Positions 47,601-57,905 are shown, counted from the stretch's first letter. The stretch is DNA of 64,000 nt from Candidatus Gastranaerophilales bacterium (GCA_900769645.1 CAAGHI010000063.1:83379-147378); one strand, 5' to 3'. Translations and numbers: made by a program. Notes: generated by a model not told the origin, from the sequence alone.

Positions 47601-49100
47601 ATGAAAATTATCATTCAAGCTGGTGGTAAAGGAACAAGGTTAGAACACTTAACATATAATAGACCAAAATGTTTGGTGCCTGTACATAACAGACCGATGA
47701 TATTTCATCTTTTTAACAAGTATAAAGATGCTGAGTTTGTTGTAATTGGGGATTATAAATTTGATGTTTTAGAAAAATATCTTGCGACATTTGCAAAAGA
47801 TGTAAACTATAAAATCGTTCGAGCAACCGGAACCGGAAATATATGCGGAATAAAACAAGCACTTGAATTCATTTCAGATAACGAAAAATTTATGTTAATT
47901 TGGTCTGATTTGATTTTATCAGAAGAATTTAAGCCTGAAGAATTACCAACTGGCAATTATGTTGGAATTTTAGAAGGTCAAACTTGTTCTTGGAGCTTTA
48001 TTGACGGGAAATTGGATAAAGTCGCTTCTGACAAATTTGGTGTAGCAGGTTGTTTTGTATTTGAAAACAAATCTGCATTCAAAGATATACCATTATCAGG
48101 TTCTTTTACAACTTGGCTTAAAGAAAGTGGAATTCCTTTAAAGGCAATGAAAATGCCTGCTTGTCCGGAAGTCGGAACTTTGGAAGCAATTGATAACTTG
48201 AAGGATACTCAAAATCGTTGTCGCCCTTATAACAAAATGGAATTTACTGATGGCAAGGTTATAAAAACTGGTTTGACAGAAGAAGGTAAAAAACTGATTG
48301 ATAGAGAGGTCGTTTGGTATAAAAAAATGGTGGAATACGGATTTACATCAATTCCAAAAATCTATTCTTATGACCCTCTTACAATGGAAAAGATTGACGG
48401 TACAAATATTTTTCAGGCAAATTTAACTGATGAACAAAAAGCTAAAATTACTGATAATTTGATAGATTCTGTAAATAAAATGCACAGTTTTGAAACAAAA
48501 CTTTCTGATAAAGAGGACTTGATTAAAGAATACTATACCAAAACAATTGACAGATTGAATAGTATTAAATCTGCAATTCCGTTTGCTGATAGTGAGTATA
48601 TTACAATTAATGGAAAAACTTGCAAAAATCCGATTGTGTTTCAAAAACAATTTAAAGATGCTGTTGAAGAAAAATTACTTGATACAGTATTTTGTCCAAT
48701 CCATGGTGATTGTACTTTGACTAATACAATGGTTGATAAAAATAATAATATTTATTTTATTGATGCAAGAGGATATTTTGGTAAACAAGTTGTTTTAGGC
48801 GATATTCGTTACGATTGGGCAAAATTATATTACTCAATGTGTGGCAATTTCGACAGATTTAATGTTAAAGACTTTAGATTAAAAATTTCAGACAATGATG
48901 TCCTCTTTGAAATCAAATCTAATGGCTGGGAAGATTTAACCGAAAAAGTTTTGGCAAATATGAAAAATTGCAAAGTTAGAGATATTCAATTTATACACGC
49001 TATTATTTGGCTTTCTCTAGCAAGCCACTGTTGGGAAGATTACGACTCAATGTGCTTGGCATTTTATAACGGTATGTATTTAGTAAGTGATTTTATTTAA
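47601..49100 (+). CDS. Bifunctional sugar-phosphate nucleotidyltransferase (N-terminal) / APH-ChoK-family kinase (C-terminal)
   Basis: MKIIIQAGGKGTRL…NRPKCLVPV; HGDCTLTNTMVD…IYFIDARGYFG. Confidence 0.6.
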   Translation: MKIIIQAGGKGTRLEHLTYNRPKCLVPVHNRPMIFHLFNKYKDAEFVVIGDYKFDVLEKYLATFAKDVNYKIVRATGTGNICGIKQALEFISDNEKFMLIWSDLILSEEFKPEELPTGNYVGILEGQTCSWSFIDGKLDKVASDKFGVAGCFVFENKSAFKDIPLSGSFTTWLKESGIPLKAMKMPACPEVGTLEAIDNLKDTQNRCRPYNKMEFTDGKVIKTGLTEEGKKLIDREVVWYKKMVEYGFTSIPKIYSYDPLTMEKIDGTNIFQANLTDEQKAKITDNLIDSVNKMHSFETKLSDKEDLIKEYYTKTIDRLNSIKSAIPFADSEYITINGKTCKNPIVFQKQFKDAVEEKLLDTVFCPIHGDCTLTNTMVDKNNNIYFIDARGYFGKQVVLGDIRYDWAKLYYSMCGNFDRFNVKDFRLKISDNDVLFEIKSNGWEDLTEKVLANMKNCKVRDIQFIHAIIWLSLASHCWEDYDSMCLAFYNGMYLVSDFI

Positions 49101-49109
49101 GAGGTGCTT

Positions 49110-49496
49110 ATGCTTAAAGAAAAACAACAATTGAGAATATCTCCGCTTGGACATAGTTGGATTTTAGATTTTGACGGTACGCTTGTTGAACATAATGGCT
49201 ACAAGACAGGTGATGACAAGTTTTTACCAGGGGTAAAAGAGTTTTTGCAATCTATTCCTAAAGACGATTTTGTTTTGATTATGACCGCTAGAGAAAAAGA
49301 TGCTAAAGAAAAAACGGTCAAATTTTTGAATGAAAACGGGATTAGATTTAATGAAATTCTTTTTGAAATGCCAATGGGTGAAAGAATTTTGATAAATGAT
49401 GACAAACCGTCTGGGTTGAGATGTGCTTATGCAATAACTCCAACTAGAAATCAAGGGTTAGAAAATTTAGATGTAATTGTAGATGAAAACTTATAA
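49110..49496 (+). CDS. HAD-superfamily phosphatase
   Basis: ILDFDGTL motif I; ~129 aa; RBS AAGAGGTG. Confidence 0.5.
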   Translation: MLKEKQQLRISPLGHSWILDFDGTLVEHNGYKTGDDKFLPGVKEFLQSIPKDDFVLIMTAREKDAKEKTVKFLNENGIRFNEILFEMPMGERILINDDKPSGLRCAYAITPTRNQGLENLDVIVDENL

Positions 49497-49505
49497 GGAG
49501 CAATA

Positions 49506-50393
49506 ATGTTAATTATTAAAACAATGATTCATGAAACAATTTGGGGTGGAGATAGATTAACTTCATATTCAAATACTAATAGCAAAAAGATTGGACACTT
49601 ATATTCACTTATTTCAAATGGGGAACTGGAAAGTGAAATCTTGAATGGCGAATATAAAGGACAACTGTTCAGAAAATATTTTGACGATAACAAAGCAAAA
49701 TTTGGATTAGCAAAATATAAAGAATTACCATTTTTGTTGGCTTTGGTTGATGCTACAGATGATTTGAGTTTGCAAGTACACCCTGATGATGAAGTAGCGA
49801 AAGAACTTGAAAATGCAGATTTTGGTAAAAATGAATCTTGGTATTTTTTAGAAGTTCCAAAAAGTGGGAAAATTTATGATGGTTGCAAAGCCAAAAATTC
49901 TCAAGAATTGCGAGAAAAAGTTGCACAAGGCAAATACGATGATGTTATTGACTATTTGAATGTTGAAGTTGGAAGCTATGTTTATATAGAAGCTGGTACA
50001 ATGCACGCAATGTCAGCAGGAAGCCTTGTTTATGAGATTGAAGAAAATTGTAATGCAACTTATAGAGTTTATGATTTCGATAGAATTGACAAAGATGGCA
50101 AAAAACGCCCTCTTCAAACAGAAGCGGCTTTAAAATCAATTCATGTAGATAAAAAATCTGTTGCTCAAAAATATGATAGAGAAAAGGTTGAAAGATTATA
50201 TGCAACAAATCTTTTCACATATAAAAAAGAGTATACAAATAAATCAAATACAATCGAATGTTTAACAGTTTTGAATGGCAAATCTGAAGTGGAAGGTTTT
50301 ACTGTTCAAAAAGGAACAACCATTGTTTTGGAACCGAATGAAACAGTTAAGTTAAATGAGTCCGACTTTATTGTCGCAAGAGCGTTGGTGTAA
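49506..50393 (+). CDS. Type I phosphomannose-isomerase-family cupin isomerase
   Basis: ETIWGG…SLQVHPDD…GKNESWYF…HAMSAGS. Confidence 0.6.
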   Translation: MLIIKTMIHETIWGGDRLTSYSNTNSKKIGHLYSLISNGELESEILNGEYKGQLFRKYFDDNKAKFGLAKYKELPFLLALVDATDDLSLQVHPDDEVAKELENADFGKNESWYFLEVPKSGKIYDGCKAKNSQELREKVAQGKYDDVIDYLNVEVGSYVYIEAGTMHAMSAGSLVYEIEENCNATYRVYDFDRIDKDGKKRPLQTEAALKSIHVDKKSVAQKYDREKVERLYATNLFTYKKEYTNKSNTIECLTVLNGKSEVEGFTVQKGTTIVLEPNETVKLNESDFIVARALV

Positions 50394-50405
50394 GGAGGTA
50401 GTGAG

Positions 50406-51068
50406 TTGAGCATAGAATTATCAGCTTCAATGATGTGTGCAAATTATGCCTGCTTAAGAGATGAGGTGAAAAATCTTGAAGATGCAGGGATTGATATTTT
50501 TCATATAGATATAATGGACGGAAGTTTTGTTGATAACTTTGGAATGGGTTATCAGGACATGGCTTTTATCAAAAACAATACGAACAAACTTGTTGAGGCA
50601 CATTTGATGGTAAGAAAGCCATACAACTATTTGGATATTTTGTTTAACTTGGGCATTGATATTATTTATATTCACCCAGAAGTTGATCCTGACCCTGCGA
50701 CAACTATTGAAAAAATTCATCAACACGGAGCAATTGCTGGTATTGCGATTAATCCGGGGACTGCAATTTCTACAATAGAAGAATTGCTGAATACAGTGGA
50801 TAGAGTTCTTGTTTTGGGGGTGAACCCAGGACATGCCGGACGAAAATATCAACCCTATGTGGATAGAAAAATAGAACGTTTGTTGGAACTAAAAAGAATT
50901 TTTAATTTCGAAATAGAACTTGATGGAGCGGTGACACCAGAACGAATTGCTCAGTGGCAACCTCGTGGAGTGAAAAGTTTTGTCCTTGGTACAGCTACAT
51001 TGTTTAAAAAAGATAATACTTATAGAGATATAATTGATAAACTAAACAAAGTGTTGGTAACAAAATAA
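50406..51068 (+). CDS. Ribulose-phosphate 3-epimerase-family ketose-phosphate epimerase
   Basis: HIDIMDGSFVDNFGMG, HLMV, GVNPGHAG; TTG start 7 nt after AAGGAGG. Confidence 0.6.
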   Translation: MSIELSASMMCANYACLRDEVKNLEDAGIDIFHIDIMDGSFVDNFGMGYQDMAFIKNNTNKLVEAHLMVRKPYNYLDILFNLGIDIIYIHPEVDPDPATTIEKIHQHGAIAGIAINPGTAISTIEELLNTVDRVLVLGVNPGHAGRKYQPYVDRKIERLLELKRIFNFEIELDGAVTPERIAQWQPRGVKSFVLGTATLFKKDNTYRDIIDKLNKVLVTK

Positions 51069-51078
51069 GGAGTTATGT

Positions 51079-52146
51079 GTGGATAGAATAATTGATAAGT
51101 CTAACTTAAATAATATGGGCTTTATAAATGCAAGGATATTAGTATTGTTTATTAAATTTCTAATTTTCTTAATAAATATAATTGTTGTAGTTAAGCCGGT
51201 TAGGATAAAAATAAGAAAAAAGTTATTTAATTTAATTAATAAAATATTTTTAAAAGAGGTTAAAAAAGAAATAAAAAATATTAGAAGCAAATATTCTGAC
51301 TATTATATCTTTTCGTTGTTCTTTCCATTGGGAGATCTTGGGATCGCTTGCTCTTTAATGAAAATATTTAAAAATAAAAATAATAAAAAAATATTGGTAA
51401 TTGTAAATGATAAAAACAGGGCTAGAGTTGCAAGCTTGTTTCCATCTATAGATAAAATAATGATTGTACATCCTTTTGTATATGATTACATTTATAATAA
51501 TCCTGAATTTAAAATTAAAAAAGGTCGAATTTATGAAATAAATCATTGGAAATTTTATGATGCACCAAAGTATAAATCAAAGAATTTTTTAGAGCTTTAT
51601 GCTCATATGCTAGGATTAAAAGAGTGGGAAAATTTTGAATCTCCTGTTTTTTCTGAAATGTTAGTTGATAATGTCATGAAAATTATTGAAAAAAAACATA
51701 TAGATATAAGAAAAACTGTGTTTATTGCAAAAGATTCAAATTCATTTAATTGTAAATTAATAGATGAAAATTTTTGGATAAATAAAGCTAAATATTATAA
51801 AAATATGGGGTATGAGGTTGTATTTAATTCGAAGAAAAAGTCTTTTCAAGGATATAAAACAATATTTTTACCAATGCATGAACAATTGTATTTTTGTTCT
51901 TTATGTAAAAAGGTTGTTGCAATTCGAAGTGGTTTCAATGATTTGTTAGGATTAATGAAATTGGACAATCTAGAGATATATTACCCAAAAACTATGTTTT
52001 TTGGTTCAATAAAAAAAATAGATCAACTTTGTGAGTTTAAGCGAGCATTTTTTGATGATGAAAGTAAAAATTTTAATGAAAATATGTATAGAATAACATC
52101 TTTAAATATGTTTAACTTAAAACATGTAGAGGAATACATATTATAA
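51079..52146 (+). CDS. Hypothetical protein, very AT-rich, possibly a glycosyltransferase
   Basis: N-terminal TM; Lys/Ile/Asn-rich codon usage unlike the housekeeping genes. Confidence 0.4.
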   Translation: MDRIIDKSNLNNMGFINARILVLFIKFLIFLINIIVVVKPVRIKIRKKLFNLINKIFLKEVKKEIKNIRSKYSDYYIFSLFFPLGDLGIACSLMKIFKNKNNKKILVIVNDKNRARVASLFPSIDKIMIVHPFVYDYIYNNPEFKIKKGRIYEINHWKFYDAPKYKSKNFLELYAHMLGLKEWENFESPVFSEMLVDNVMKIIEKKHIDIRKTVFIAKDSNSFNCKLIDENFWINKAKYYKNMGYEVVFNSKKKSFQGYKTIFLPMHEQLYFCSLCKKVVAIRSGFNDLLGLMKLDNLEIYYPKTMFFGSIKKIDQLCEFKRAFFDDESKNFNENMYRITSLNMFNLKHVEEYIL

Positions 52147-52163
52147 TTATTTTTAATTTAATT

Positions 52164-52205
52164 GTTGGTCGGATTTATTAATTTGACCAACGATTGTTAT
52201 TTTGG
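52164..52205. terminator. Hairpin GTTGGTC…GACCAAC between convergent genes
   Basis: 7 bp stem, 14 nt loop, weak T-run. Confidence 0.35.
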
Positions 52206-52220
52206 ATATTTTTTTGTAGT

Positions 52221-53519
52221 TTAAAACAAAATTACCGCAAGAAGTGCAAATAAAATCAATGGAATGTTGTAGTGCAAAAATGTTGGAATACATGTGTCTT
52301 TTATGTGTTCATGTTGCCCATCTATATTCAAACCTTGAGTTGGCCCAAGAGTTGTTCCGGAAGCAGGGGAACCGGCATCTCCCAACGCAGCGGCAGCCGC
52401 AAATACGGCAATTGCTTCCAAAGGATTAAACCCTAAATGTATAAATATTGGCACAAAAAGTACCGCCAAAATTGGGATTGTGCCGAAAGATGTTCCAATT
52501 CCAATCGTAATAAACAAACCGACAATCAACATTAAAAATGCAGCCAAAAGTTTTGACCCCATCATAAATGGAATTAATCCGTTAACTAAACTATCAATTG
52601 CTCCAGTAGATTGTAAAACTCCAGCAAATCCTGCGGCAACAAGCATTACAAATGCAACATAGCCCATAAGCCCAATGCCTTCGTTTATTAAAATATCCAT
52701 CTTTTCAGGGTCTATTGCGCGAGTCCCAAAAATTATTGTTAAACCAATCAATGCTCCAAGTGGCAAAGATTTTGTCCAAAGCTGAACTCCCAATGTCACA
52801 ACAGCAGCAAATAAAGTTATATAGTGACTTCCTGTAAATCTGAGAGAACGACGGCGTTCTTCTCTGAATTGGATATTTTCATATTCTCTTGGTTTTCTGT
52901 AAGACACAAATACAGCCCATAAAAGTCCGCACAATAATCCGACCCCTAAAATCCAAACTGATTTCCAAATATCATTTACAGTGACAGGCATGCCGTTTGT
53001 TGTCATATTGTCAGCCAAAAGTCTTTGAAATATTAGTCCAAAGCCGGCAGGAAATACAATATAAGGTGTCACCAACCCAAATGCCAAAGCACAAGCCACA
53101 GCACGTCTATCCAATTTCAACTTGTTCATAAGGTGAATGAGCGGTGGAATTATAACAGGAATAAATGCAATATGAACAGGGATAAGGTTTTGTGATGCAC
53201 AAGCAAGCAACGTTAAAACTAAAAGTAGCATAAACTTGTTATTTTTTATCAACAGCGTAATTCGTTTTGCCAAAACATCTGCAAGCCCTGTATGTGCCAT
53301 TGCAGCGGCAAAAGTTCCGAGCAAAATGTAACTTAAAGCAGTTTCGCTGTTTTGTCCCATGCCGTTAATAAATACGTCCATAATCTGACCTGCGTGCATG
53401 CCGGCTACTTTTCCGGCGACAATTGCAGATACAAGCAACGCAAGCAAAACATTGACTCTGCAAAGACAAAGTACACAAAGAAGTATTACTGATATAATTA
53501 TCGGGTTGAGTATAAACAT
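52221..53519 (-). CDS. Ion-transporter-superfamily membrane protein (NhaC/CitMHS/ArsB-like)
   Basis: 432 aa, ~12 TM; family assignment tentative. Confidence 0.4.
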   Translation of the reverse strand: MFILNPIIISVILLCVLCLCRVNVLLALLVSAIVAGKVAGMHAGQIMDVFINGMGQNSETALSYILLGTFAAAMAHTGLADVLAKRITLLIKNNKFMLLLVLTLLACASQNLIPVHIAFIPVIIPPLIHLMNKLKLDRRAVACALAFGLVTPYIVFPAGFGLIFQRLLADNMTTNGMPVTVNDIWKSVWILGVGLLCGLLWAVFVSYRKPREYENIQFREERRRSLRFTGSHYITLFAAVVTLGVQLWTKSLPLGALIGLTIIFGTRAIDPEKMDILINEGIGLMGYVAFVMLVAAGFAGVLQSTGAIDSLVNGLIPFMMGSKLLAAFLMLIVGLFITIGIGTSFGTIPILAVLFVPIFIHLGFNPLEAIAVFAAAAALGDAGSPASGTTLGPTQGLNIDGQHEHIKDTCIPTFLHYNIPLILFALLAVILF

Positions 53520-53620
53520 GGTTTTAGTAAATAGTGAGGGGTGAGTAGTGAATTGTGCGTTACATAAATGATTTTCATAAATAGTTTTCGCTTCTTCAAA
53601 ACTGTCACGTTGTAACTATT

Positions 53621-54319
53621 CTACATTTCCTCCATTTTGGGTTTACGACCGCAACCTTTTGCTTCATCACAAAAACCCAGTCTTTCGCATTTTGGAACAA
53701 GATATGGTTTCAACCAAGGTTCAACTTTGATTAATTCATCACACATCAATTTTACCATTGTCCGAATTTCATATTGGGCACGAGTACAAAGTCTTAGATT
53801 TGCCAAGTGTATCATTTCACGCAAATTTAAACTTGCAACAAGTGAACTTGCAGCTGCATTTGGAAGTACCGAACGAGCGTCCTCAGCAGGAATCCCGGCG
53901 TCGACAAATTCTTGATACTGTTCAGATATTTTGCCCATAAATTGAACAAATTTTTCTTTCAATTCGGGATTTTTTTCAATAGTCGGTGGAATTATAAAAT
54001 CAAATTGTCCTTTTTCTTTAACATATCTTTGAGATTTTTGAGAAAAAGACATGTGGCGATGACGCACCAATTGGTGAGTACAAGCCCTTGAAACATTCGA
54101 TATTGCAAAACTAACCTGAATATGTTCAATTGTTGAATAATGTCCTGATGAAATTACTTTTTCTATCAGATTAAGCATTTTTTCTTTGTCATCTGTGCTT
54201 TCATAAATATTAAACGGAGTATCTGCACTATAACACGTTCTACAAGCTGTATAAACAACTTTTAACATATTATCCGGTTTAGAAATCAAATGTACTACCG
54301 GTTTGTTATTATTTTCCAT
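53621..54319 (-). CDS. thyX: Flavin-dependent thymidylate synthase ThyX
   Basis: RHRHMSFSQKSQRY ThyX motif. Confidence 0.85.
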   Translation of the reverse strand: MENNNKPVVHLISKPDNMLKVVYTACRTCYSADTPFNIYESTDDKEKMLNLIEKVISSGHYSTIEHIQVSFAISNVSRACTHQLVRHRHMSFSQKSQRYVKEKGQFDFIIPPTIEKNPELKEKFVQFMGKISEQYQEFVDAGIPAEDARSVLPNAAASSLVASLNLREMIHLANLRLCTRAQYEIRTMVKLMCDELIKVEPWLKPYLVPKCERLGFCDEAKGCGRKPKMEEM

Positions 54320-54349
54320 AATTCCTTCCTTAATTTAAACCCAAATATT

Positions 54350-54386
54350 ACTATAAAAAATTATACCACTCTCATAACAAGAGTGG
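54350..54386 (-). terminator. Terminator-like hairpin after rpmE (ccactct…agagtgg, then T6 on the minus strand)
   Basis: 7 bp stem; T-run 5 nt after the stem. Confidence 0.4.
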
Positions 54387-54461
54387 CATAATTGTAAATT
54401 TTTTCTAACATTATCTCCCATCGATAAAATTTTCTTAAAATCTAGTTGATGGGACAAACGC

Positions 54462-54665
54462 TTACGCTTTTTTACCGTAACGTTTGTTAAATCTTTCTAC
54501 ACGACCTTCAGAGTCAAGGATTTTTTGTTGTCCTGTGTAGAATGGGTGGCAGTTGTTACAAATTTCAACTGTAATGTTATCATTGATAGAACCTGTTTCG
54601 ATTTCGTTACCGCATACGCATTTGATAACTGTTTTCTTATAATCAGGGTGAATACCTTTTTTCAT
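54462..54665 (-). CDS. rpmE: 50S ribosomal protein L31 (zinc-ribbon type)
   Basis: MKKGIHPDY start; CVCG…[10 protein letters not shown]. Confidence 0.85.
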   Translation of the reverse strand: MKKGIHPDYKKTVIKCVCGNEIETGSINDNITVEICNNCHPFYTGQQKILDSEGRVERFNKRYGKKA

Positions 54666-55069
54666 TGTTTTACCTCTTTCTTTTCTCAAGATTCCAAACT
54701 TGATTTTAATAATTCGACTATATATATGATACTACGGAAATAAAAAAGTGCAAGTTTTTTGAAATCTCATGCGTTTGTTTGATGTTAATTTTTCTTAATA
54801 TTGTCATAATATATAAGTTATTTGAAATTTTTATATAGGTGAGAGATGAATTTACACGAACAATGTTTGCTTAGATATTTACAAAACCCTGAAGAATTGT
54901 CTTATTCTACTGAGATTTTGAAGGTTAATAATTTTATACTAGAAAAACAATTTATCTTAAAAAATATCAGCAATCGTGAAATCGTGAAAAGTTTGTCCTC
55001 AAATTCATAAATTACCTTGCAAAATTCCGTCAATTTTACTATACTTATTAATATATATAATTAATAAGA

Positions 55070-56848
55070 TTGAGGGATATGTTTAAGAAGATTTTATATA
55101 CATTTTGTTTGGTTATTTTTGCAGTTTTTTCGTTCTTTATTTTGAAAAACGCTAATTTGAAATATTTCATTGATACTGTTGAAAATCGGACTTTCGATCT
55201 ACGTCAATCTATCCTTATCAATCAAGGTGTCAAAAAGCCAAGCGAAGATATTGTTATTGTTGCAATAGATGATGCAACTTATGAATATATTTTGGATAAC
55301 TATGGTGAATGGCCGCTTCCTCGAGATACTTATGCTAAAATTGTGAACTATTTGGAGCAACAAAGTCCTCGTTCTGTTGTGTTTGATTTAATGTTTGTTA
55401 AATCTCTAAAAAGTGCCAATGATGCGGATTTAGCGCTAATTAATACTTTTAAAAAATACAACAATTTATATACATCAATGAATTTTGATAATCAATCAGA
55501 AGATTTGCGAACTCCACCACAATTGCCGTCAAAGTTGACTTACAATATAAAAAACAACTCTAAGACAAGTTTTTCTGACCTGACCTATATCAATTGCAGA
55601 AAGATTTTGCAGGGGATAATAGATGCTACCTCAAATATAGGGATAATTAATGTTTCACGATCTGATGATGGAATTTTGCGAAAAATGCCTGTTGTTGTGA
55701 AATATCAAGAAGCTTTTTATCCGCAGTTAGCCTTAAAGGTTGGGCTAGATTATCTTGGAGAAACACAAAATTCTTTTGAAATTGATAAACATTCCGATTT
55801 TGTGATTAATTCTGAACGAAAAATCTTTTTAGACAAGGATGGAAGTGCGATATTGAACTGGTACGGTCCGGCAGGAACTTACACTTATATTCCGATGTAT
55901 AAGTTAATTAAGGCTGTAAATGGAGAAAAGACCGAGCTTGATTATGATTTTTCAAATAAAATCGTTTATTTTGGGACAACTGCCTCAAGTCTGTTTGATA
56001 TCAAAACCGTTCCGACCGGTAAAATTTTCCCTGGGGTTGAGGTCCAAGCGACTTATTTGAACAATATTATTGACAATAATTTTATAAAAAAAGTTGATAG
56101 AGGTTACACAATTGCTTTAAGTTTGCTTTTGGCGCTATTGATTGCATCTGTTGTTAGCCGTGTAAATTCTGCGTTTACGGCTTCTATGATGTCTTTGTCG
56201 ACATATTTTATTTATATTTTGATTTCATATTACGCTTTGAGATTTGAAAACTTGTGGTTAGAATTGATTTATCCGCTGATATTCTCAATTGTAGCGTTTA
56301 CACTTGCGTACATTGGAAAGTACCTGATTAAATCTCGTGATTTTGAACAACAATATAAACTGGCAACTACTGATGGTTTGACAGAACTTTATAACCATAG
56401 ATATTTTCAGGAACAGATCAGAATGCAAGTTGAGCAAGCAAAACGTTACAACAATAATTTTTCACTAATAATTATTGATATTGATTTTTTCAAAAAATTT
56501 AACGACACTTTTGGTCACCAGTCAGGTGATGCTGTTTTAAGACAAGTTGCGCAAACATTAAAGAAAAATGTTCGTGCTACTGATATTGTTTGTCGTTACG
56601 GTGGTGAAGAAATGAGTATAATTCTTCCGAATACAATAAAAGAAGAGGCTTACACAACAGCAGAAAAAATTTGTAGTAGGGTGGCAGGTAGAAAATTCAA
56701 GCTTGTTGGGGACAAAGAAACAAATGTGACAATTAGCCTTGGAGTTTCCACATATCCATTTGATGGTGACACTGCTCAAAAAATTATTGAAGCTGCTGAC
56801 AAAAAATTGTATGAAGCCAAAAATAACGGCAGAAATCAAGTTAAATAA
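55070..56848 (+). CDS. Diguanylate cyclase (GGDEF) with an N-terminal CHASE2 sensor and TM region. Start is TTG 55070 or ATG 55079
   Basis: RYGGEEM GG(D/E)EF active site, RxxD-like I-site; CHASE2-like IVIVAIDDATY…GEWPLPRD. Confidence 0.7.
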   Translation: MRDMFKKILYTFCLVIFAVFSFFILKNANLKYFIDTVENRTFDLRQSILINQGVKKPSEDIVIVAIDDATYEYILDNYGEWPLPRDTYAKIVNYLEQQSPRSVVFDLMFVKSLKSANDADLALINTFKKYNNLYTSMNFDNQSEDLRTPPQLPSKLTYNIKNNSKTSFSDLTYINCRKILQGIIDATSNIGIINVSRSDDGILRKMPVVVKYQEAFYPQLALKVGLDYLGETQNSFEIDKHSDFVINSERKIFLDKDGSAILNWYGPAGTYTYIPMYKLIKAVNGEKTELDYDFSNKIVYFGTTASSLFDIKTVPTGKIFPGVEVQATYLNNIIDNNFIKKVDRGYTIALSLLLALLIASVVSRVNSAFTASMMSLSTYFIYILISYYALRFENLWLELIYPLIFSIVAFTLAYIGKYLIKSRDFEQQYKLATTDGLTELYNHRYFQEQIRMQVEQAKRYNNNFSLIIIDIDFFKKFNDTFGHQSGDAVLRQVAQTLKKNVRATDIVCRYGGEEMSIILPNTIKEEAYTTAEKICSRVAGRKFKLVGDKETNVTISLGVSTYPFDGDTAQKIIEAADKKLYEAKNNGRNQVK

Positions 56849-56930
56849 TTGATATTACAGAGTCGTCATTACAAGCGATTAGCGAAGTAATCCAGTATTG
56901 CTTCCGTTTTGGAGAATTTAAAAATTTAAC

Positions 56931-57905
56931 TTAAACAACAGTTTTTGTTAGTGCCAACAACTCAATAATTTTGTCGTAATCTTCTTCTAACACAAGCTTT
57001 GAACGGAGAGTTTTTGCGTTTTTAAATCCGGCTAAATAGTATGGATAAAATTTGCGCATAAATTTTATTGCGACATTTTCTCCTCGCAATTTAATTTCTT
57101 CATCAAGGTGGAATTTCAACATCTCAATACGTTCTTCTAGTGGTGGAATTGGGAGTTTTTCTCCTGTTTTCAAATAATATTCAATTCTTGCAATTAATGT
57201 CGGATCTCCAATTGCTCCACGTCCGATTGCGACACCATCTGCGCAAGACAGTTCTAAACATTCAATAGCATCTTCGATTGATGTAATATCCCCGTTTGCA
57301 AAAACAGGAATATCCACACTTTCCTTTAAGGCTTTTATTTTTGCCCAGTCAGCATGCCCTGTGTACATTTGTGCACGAGTTCGCCCATGGATTGTAATAA
57401 ATTCTGCACCGGCTTCTTGCATAGCTTGTCCAAATTCAACGTAATTCATCTCATTTGCAGTATAGCCAAGGCGGAATTTTACACTTACAGGCTTGTCTGT
57501 CCCATCTTTTACTGCTTTTACTAAATCTGCTGCCAATTCCGGTGTGCGCATTAATGCAGCGCCATCTTGACCGCCAACAACTTTTTTCACTGGACAGCCC
57601 ATGTTAATGTCAATCATATCAGCATATTGAGTTAAAAACTCCGCTGCTTTTCGCATCATGTGCGGTTTATGCCCACTAATTTGATACGAAATCGGAGAAT
57701 GATTTTCATCTCGCTTTAAAATTTCTACGCCGCTGCGCCCATTGAGAGTTTGAGCCAAGTATTCAGAACTTATCATTTCAGTTGTCAAAAGAGCGTTTTG
57801 GGAATATTTGCGAATAAGCATACGCAAGACATAGTCTGTTATTCCTGCCATAGGAGCAAGCGAAACTCTTGATTGAATTAATGTTGAAACTCTGCTATTT
57901 GACAT
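56931..57905 (-). CDS. dusB: tRNA-dihydrouridine synthase
   Basis: LAPMAGITD, DINMGCPVKKV. Confidence 0.85.
   Translation of the reverse strand: MSNSRVSTLIQSRVSLAPMAGITDYVLRMLIRKYSQNALLTTEMISSEYLAQTLNGRSGVEILKRDENHSPISYQISGHKPHMMRKAAEFLTQYADMIDINMGCPVKKVVGGQDGAALMRTPELAADLVKAVKDGTDKPVSVKFRLGYTANEMNYVEFGQAMQEAGAEFITIHGRTRAQMYTGHADWAKIKALKESVDIPVFANGDITSIEDAIECLELSCADGVAIGRGAIGDPTLIARIEYYLKTGEKLPIPPLEERIEMLKFHLDEEIKLRGENVAIKFMRKFYPYYLAGFKNAKTLRSKLVLEEDYDKIIELLALTKTVV

Noticed and set aside
54846-55010. ~54-aa ORF (MNLHEQCLLRYLQNPEEL…) between rpmE and the GGDEF gene
   Set aside because: No RBS or promoter seen, and it is AT-rich low-complexity; it cannot be distinguished from chance.
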